The position numbers were made by a program, and so were the translations under genes. The notes below the pieces were generated by a model that was not told the origin of the DNA, did no database searches, and worked only from the letters and a program-made list of their open reading frames with translations. DNA of 63,686 bases, the filler included, from an uncultured Clostridia bacterium (GTDB taxonomy: Bacteria; Aerophobota; Aerophobia; Aerophobales; B3-G15): the NCBI GenBank assembly GCA_964482715.1. It is 3 parts of 3 records of this genome, joined end to end, with 100 filler letters (N's around TTAATTAATTAA, not from the genome) between each part and the next. Parts side by side here need not be neighbours in the genome. Positions count along the whole stretch, not along the records: positions 46,722 to 63,686 come from CAYZYX010000036.1; 2 more parts are not named here. One strand, 5' to 3'. Positions 59,886 through 63,686 of the stretch are shown piece after piece; the stretch's first letter is position 1, and the number at the start of each line of letters is the position of its first letter.

Positions 59886-61244
59886 ATGAAAGAAAACAGG
59901 AATTTTACTTCTCTCTTACAACTTGCCAGAAATAAAAAAGGCAAGATTGACTATAAACCTTTATTTCAGAATTACCTGAATATTGCAGAAAAAAGCCAGC
60001 TTAAGGCGAAAAAAGGGGCTGCTATTTTAGCTTCTCTTCCCGGAAGAAGATATCCCTACGTTTACCCCCGGGATGCTGCTTCTACCTCAAGAGTTCTCTC
60101 CAAATTGTGTGTAAAAGAGGATTTTTGTTCCCGGGCATTTCCTCTGTTGCGTGACCTTGCTACTTTTATTTTATTCTGCCAGCGAGAAGATGGCTACTGG
60201 GGACAAAGGTACAATCTTAACTTAAGAGAAAAATCAATTTACAAACAGGAAGACAATGTTGCCCATGGAATTGAGGTTATCTGTAACTATGCTTTAACCG
60301 CAAGTAAGATAGGGGAGCCAGTTGTCTATAAAGATAGGATAGTTAAAGCGTTAAGCAAGGCAGTTGATTTCGCTATGAAAAATTACTATCGCCAGGAGAT
60401 GGACCTTTTCTTTTCAACAACATCAATTCATGAAAGTGCTATTGAAAAAGGATATACCATCTGGGTCAATTTTTCCTACCTGAGTTCTTTCTCTCTTGCA
60501 GTTGAATTTTTGGAAAGTGAAGGGGAGGAAAAGGAGGTTGAGAAAATCCAGCATATACTGGAAAGATTTAAAAACAACATCTTTAAATCTTTCAAACTGG
60601 AAACAGGTTATATAAGACGATACACCCCAACCGGGGATATAGATTTTCGACCCGATATTACACTCTTCTCTCCCTTTTACTTTGGTTTTGAATCTCCAGA
60701 AGACAAAATCATGCTCAAAACAATTGATTTTATAAGCCATCATCTCTGGGATCCTATTCTCGGTGGTTTGCAGAGATATCTTCCCTTTACCGAAGACTTA
60801 AACACTCATATTCATGCAGGAAACGGTCCCTGGATGGTTTATACAGCTATTCTGGCCCGCTACTACTACGCCACGGGGCATATCGAAAAAGGTGATGTAA
60901 TCTTAAGACTCATAGACAATTATCGCTCCCCCGAAGGATACATTCCCGAACACCTTAGCACGAGGGAGAGATTCGAGGAATTCATGAGACTGGAATGGAA
61001 CACCGGTCTTGATTATACTAAGGAGTTTTCTCCGGACATTCTCCTTCCCGGGATTCCCTTTAACCGAATAGTGGAAGAGTTAAACCATATGCGCAAATCT
61101 TACTCCCGTATTTCACGATGGTGTTCCCAGAACCCGGAGGCAAAATTTATCAGATTTTGCTGTCCCCTCCTGTGGGCCCATTCTGAATACACCCAGGCCT
61201 TACTTGAAAGAGAAAAAATGGAGAAAAGGTGTGGTGAGAAATAA
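59886..61244 (+). CDS. GH15-like (alpha/alpha)6 glycoside hydrolase
   Basis: YPYVYPRD, QRY, QED, GNGPW, IPEH, PLLWAHSEY. Confidence 0.72.
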   Translation: MKENRNFTSLLQLARNKKGKIDYKPLFQNYLNIAEKSQLKAKKGAAILASLPGRRYPYVYPRDAASTSRVLSKLCVKEDFCSRAFPLLRDLATFILFCQREDGYWGQRYNLNLREKSIYKQEDNVAHGIEVICNYALTASKIGEPVVYKDRIVKALSKAVDFAMKNYYRQEMDLFFSTTSIHESAIEKGYTIWVNFSYLSSFSLAVEFLESEGEEKEVEKIQHILERFKNNIFKSFKLETGYIRRYTPTGDIDFRPDITLFSPFYFGFESPEDKIMLKTIDFISHHLWDPILGGLQRYLPFTEDLNTHIHAGNGPWMVYTAILARYYYATGHIEKGDVILRLIDNYRSPEGYIPEHLSTRERFEEFMRLEWNTGLDYTKEFSPDILLPGIPFNRIVEELNHMRKSYSRISRWCSQNPEAKFIRFCCPLLWAHSEYTQALLEREKMEKRCGEK

Positions 61245-62481
61245 AATAGCTCTGATTCATTACAGCTATCCTCCGGTAATAGGAGGAGTGGAATTCACTA
61301 TAAAAGCTCATGCTCACATCCTGGCTAAAAATGGACATAGAGTAAAGATAATAGCCGGAGCAGGTGAGGATGAAAAGGAGAGTGTTGAAGTTAAAGTAAT
61401 GCCTTTACTTGGTTCTCTTGCTTTATTTGATAGACAGCTCGATGAAAAGTTGAAAAGAGGAGAAGTTCCTGAGAGATTTTACAAATTAAAAAATGAGATT
61501 CTTTCTCAACTTGAGAGGGAGATTCAGGATGTAAAAGTGTGCATAATACATAACGTTATGACCATGCATTTTAACCTGCCTTTTACCTGTGCTCTGGACG
61601 AACTTGTCACCAGGTGGCATGAAAGGATCAGATTTTACTTCTGGTGTCACGACTTTTCTTTAAACAATCCGGCCTATATAAAACAGATTCCCGATCCGGA
61701 GAAATATCCCTGGAACTTGCTCTCTAAGTTCAACCGGGGGGCTGGTTACATTACAATATCCAAATTAAGACAAAGACAACTTGCCAGGCTTTTTGGAGTT
61801 GACGCTGATACCATTCAGGTAATCCCCAATGGAATTGACGTGCAAACTTTTTTGAACCTCTCCGAAAAGATCTGGAATCTCTCCTGGGATAAGGGATTTT
61901 TTGAAAGTGAACTTGTTATGTTCTTTCCTTCTCGAATGCTGAGACGAAAAAACTATGAACTGGGCATAAGGGTGCTGAGTGAGATGAAAAAAAGGGGTAA
62001 AAAATGTAAGTTTGTAATTACCGCACCTCCTGACCCTCACAATCCTGAAGCAGCGAAATATCTGGATTATCTGCATAGTCTTTCTCGAAAGCTAAGGGTG
62101 GAAGAAGAAGTTATATTCTTGTATGAACTAAAAGAAGATTATAATTTAAAATTAGACTATCAGGAGATAAAAGATTTTTATTCTGTATGTGATGTGCTTT
62201 TTATAACATCCATCCAGGAGGGATTCGGTATACCGCTTCTGGAAGCAGGCTTGAAGCGTCTGCCTATCGTTTGCACCAATATAGAACCTCTTCTTGAAAT
62301 AGTAGGAGACCATGCTCTAAAAATAGATCTTAAAGACTTAATACCTGCTGTAGCTGAAAAGATAATAAGCTATGTTGAATCTTCCCCTACTGTTAAGATG
62401 TTTAAAAGAGTGGTTGCCCGTTACTCCTGGGAGGCAATTTATAGAAATTATCTTAAAAAACTGGTGAATGAAAATGCGTAA
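61234..62481 (+). CDS. GT4 glycosyltransferase, mannosylglucosylglycerate synthase-like (start approximate)
   Basis: PPVIGGVE, HN...H.N, WCHD, VIPNG, RxxxRKNxE, EGFGIPLLEA. Confidence 0.8.
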   Translation: MRNKIALIHYSYPPVIGGVEFTIKAHAHILAKNGHRVKIIAGAGEDEKESVEVKVMPLLGSLALFDRQLDEKLKRGEVPERFYKLKNEILSQLEREIQDVKVCIIHNVMTMHFNLPFTCALDELVTRWHERIRFYFWCHDFSLNNPAYIKQIPDPEKYPWNLLSKFNRGAGYITISKLRQRQLARLFGVDADTIQVIPNGIDVQTFLNLSEKIWNLSWDKGFFESELVMFFPSRMLRRKNYELGIRVLSEMKKRGKKCKFVITAPPDPHNPEAAKYLDYLHSLSRKLRVEEEVIFLYELKEDYNLKLDYQEIKDFYSVCDVLFITSIQEGFGIPLLEAGLKRLPIVCTNIEPLLEIVGDHALKIDLKDLIPAVAEKIISYVESSPTVKMFKRVVARYSWEAIYRNYLKKLVNENA

Positions 62482-63547
62482 AACTGGAACTGCAGATCTT
62501 CCTCTCCACTATGGAAGAGCACCCCGCTGGCTATTTGAGAGAATGAAGTTACTTGCCAGAGAGATTATCATCAGTATTGTTTCAGATACTGGAAATGAAG
62601 AATTTTTGAGAAAAATTTCCGATCCTTTATGGTTCCAGGCTCTGGGATGTGTTCTGGGTTTTGACTGGCACAGTTCCGGTCTAACTACCACTGTTTGTGG
62701 AGCGATAAAAGAAGGTATTCGGGGATTGGAAAGAGAACTGGGACTTTTTGTAGCCGGAGGAAAAGGCAAGGTCTCACTTAACACTCCCTCAGAAATTTTA
62801 AACTGGGGAGAATTTATCAAAGCCGATCCCACCAGCCTCGTCTATGCCAGCAAAATGTCAGCTAAGGTTGATTCTGCCGCCTTGCAGGATGGCTTTGAAC
62901 TTTACCATCACAGTTTTATTTTTTCTTCTACAGGCAAATGGGCTGTTGTACAGCAGGGTATGAACCCTTCAATCCGGTATGCACGGCGTTACCACTGGAT
63001 TGGAGAAAAGGTAGAAAGTTTTGTTCAAGAACCTCACCTGGCAATATGCTCTGACTGGAAAGGCAGGGGACTAAACATGGTGGCAAGAGAAAGCGAAAAA
63101 ACAAGATGGGTCTGCGTTGAACTTTCCCAGGAACACCCGCGTAAGATAGCTACCCAACTTAAAAAAATAGAGAACTTAAAACTTCCACCAGAACATGCCT
63201 TTTCAATTGAGAAGGTAAGACCTCGTCTCCTGGAAAGAGCTTTGCAGACTGCCTATGAAAATTCGCCTCAAAATTTTGAGGAGCTTCTGGGTTTAAAAGG
63301 AGTGGGAGCAAAAACAATCAGAGCTCTTGCCCTTATCTCGGACCTTGTTTACGGAGCTACACCGAGTTTTAAAGATCCTGCCACTTACAGTTTTGCCCAC
63401 GGAGGAAAGGATGGACATCCCTATCCAGTAGACAGAAGAACCTACGATGAGACAATCTCCAGTTTGCATAAAGCCCTTAAAGAGGCGAAAGTGGGGAGAA
63501 CAGAAAAAATCAAGGCTTTAAAAAGATTAAGAGAGATGCTACTTTAG
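62468..63547 (+). CDS. DUF763 family protein
   Basis: ADLPLHYGRAP, GFDWHSSGLTT, KVDSAALQDGF, QQGMN, HhH GVGAKT, AHGGKDGHPYPV. Confidence 0.9.
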   Translation: MKMRKTGTADLPLHYGRAPRWLFERMKLLAREIIISIVSDTGNEEFLRKISDPLWFQALGCVLGFDWHSSGLTTTVCGAIKEGIRGLERELGLFVAGGKGKVSLNTPSEILNWGEFIKADPTSLVYASKMSAKVDSAALQDGFELYHHSFIFSSTGKWAVVQQGMNPSIRYARRYHWIGEKVESFVQEPHLAICSDWKGRGLNMVARESEKTRWVCVELSQEHPRKIATQLKKIENLKLPPEHAFSIEKVRPRLLERALQTAYENSPQNFEELLGLKGVGAKTIRALALISDLVYGATPSFKDPATYSFAHGGKDGHPYPVDRRTYDETISSLHKALKEAKVGRTEKIKALKRLREMLL

Positions 63548-63610
63548 ATTTGCCTTTTCTTGACTGTTTGGCTTTGGCCAATATAATATTAGCAGTTAAT
63601 TCTTTAAAAT

Positions 63611-63686
63611 CGGGGCGTGGCGCAGCCTGGTTTAGCGCGCTTGGTTTGGGACCAAGAGGTCGTCGGTTCAAATCCGACCGCCCCGA
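63611..63686 (+). tRNA. tRNA-Pro(TGG); ends at the discriminator base at the window edge
   Basis: Cloverleaf: CGGGGCG/CGCCCCG acceptor, CTTGG-TTTGGGA-CCAAG anticodon arm, GTCGG-TTCAAAT-CCGAC T arm. Confidence 0.97.

Noticed and set aside
1897-62832. Many short antisense or nested ORFs in the track (e.g. 2097-2354, 20558-20953, 50030-50512, 55904-56443)
   Set aside because: They overlap well-supported genes, mostly on the opposite strand, and have no recognisable motifs; shadow ORFs.

Overview
AT-rich bacterial chromosome segment, probably from a metagenome-derived assembly. It looks like an anaerobic diderm: lpxB, rnfE, 2-oxoacid:ferredoxin oxidoreductase subunits and dapL are present. The taxonomy cannot be fixed without a 16S search. 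There are three 100-nt gaps: two with a TTAATTAATTAA linker (23304-23403, 46622-46721) and one of pure N (32850-32949). The window runs from the 5' end of a 16S rRNA gene (minus strand, tandem promoters plus boxA) through strongly shuffled housekeeping operons to tRNA-Pro(TGG). These include pheT, purF, xerD, ruvAB, glyQS, lpxB, smpB-ssrA, dapB-dapL-pdxJ-acpS-nnr-rho-rpmE, leuC, rodA-mrdA, prmC, ribEBAH, pyrE, a Lon-family protease and hsp20. The best candidate for an undescribed system is a coupled operon of a PfkB kinase, a divergent PurN-fold formyltransferase, an EhaR-like HAD hydrolase and a GIY-YIG protein (10655-13896). Other notable items: (1) two oxidoreductase subunits that appear to start at ATA; (2) an insertion element whose 17-bp inverted repeats and TTTA target duplication straddle the first gap; (3) a tRNA-Leu 3'-end att scar next to hicBA and IS debris; (4) a split PlsA/Ger-like reductase triad, a candidate for ether-lipid synthesis; (5) an HPr domain fused to a ~330-aa unknown domain; (6) a repeat-expanded membrane-anchored coiled coil paired with a LysM coiled coil; (7) a truncated MetH; (8) a gpgS-GH15-GT4 compatible-solute cluster. 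No CRISPR array or riboswitch was found. All family assignments come from motif recognition, not database searches.
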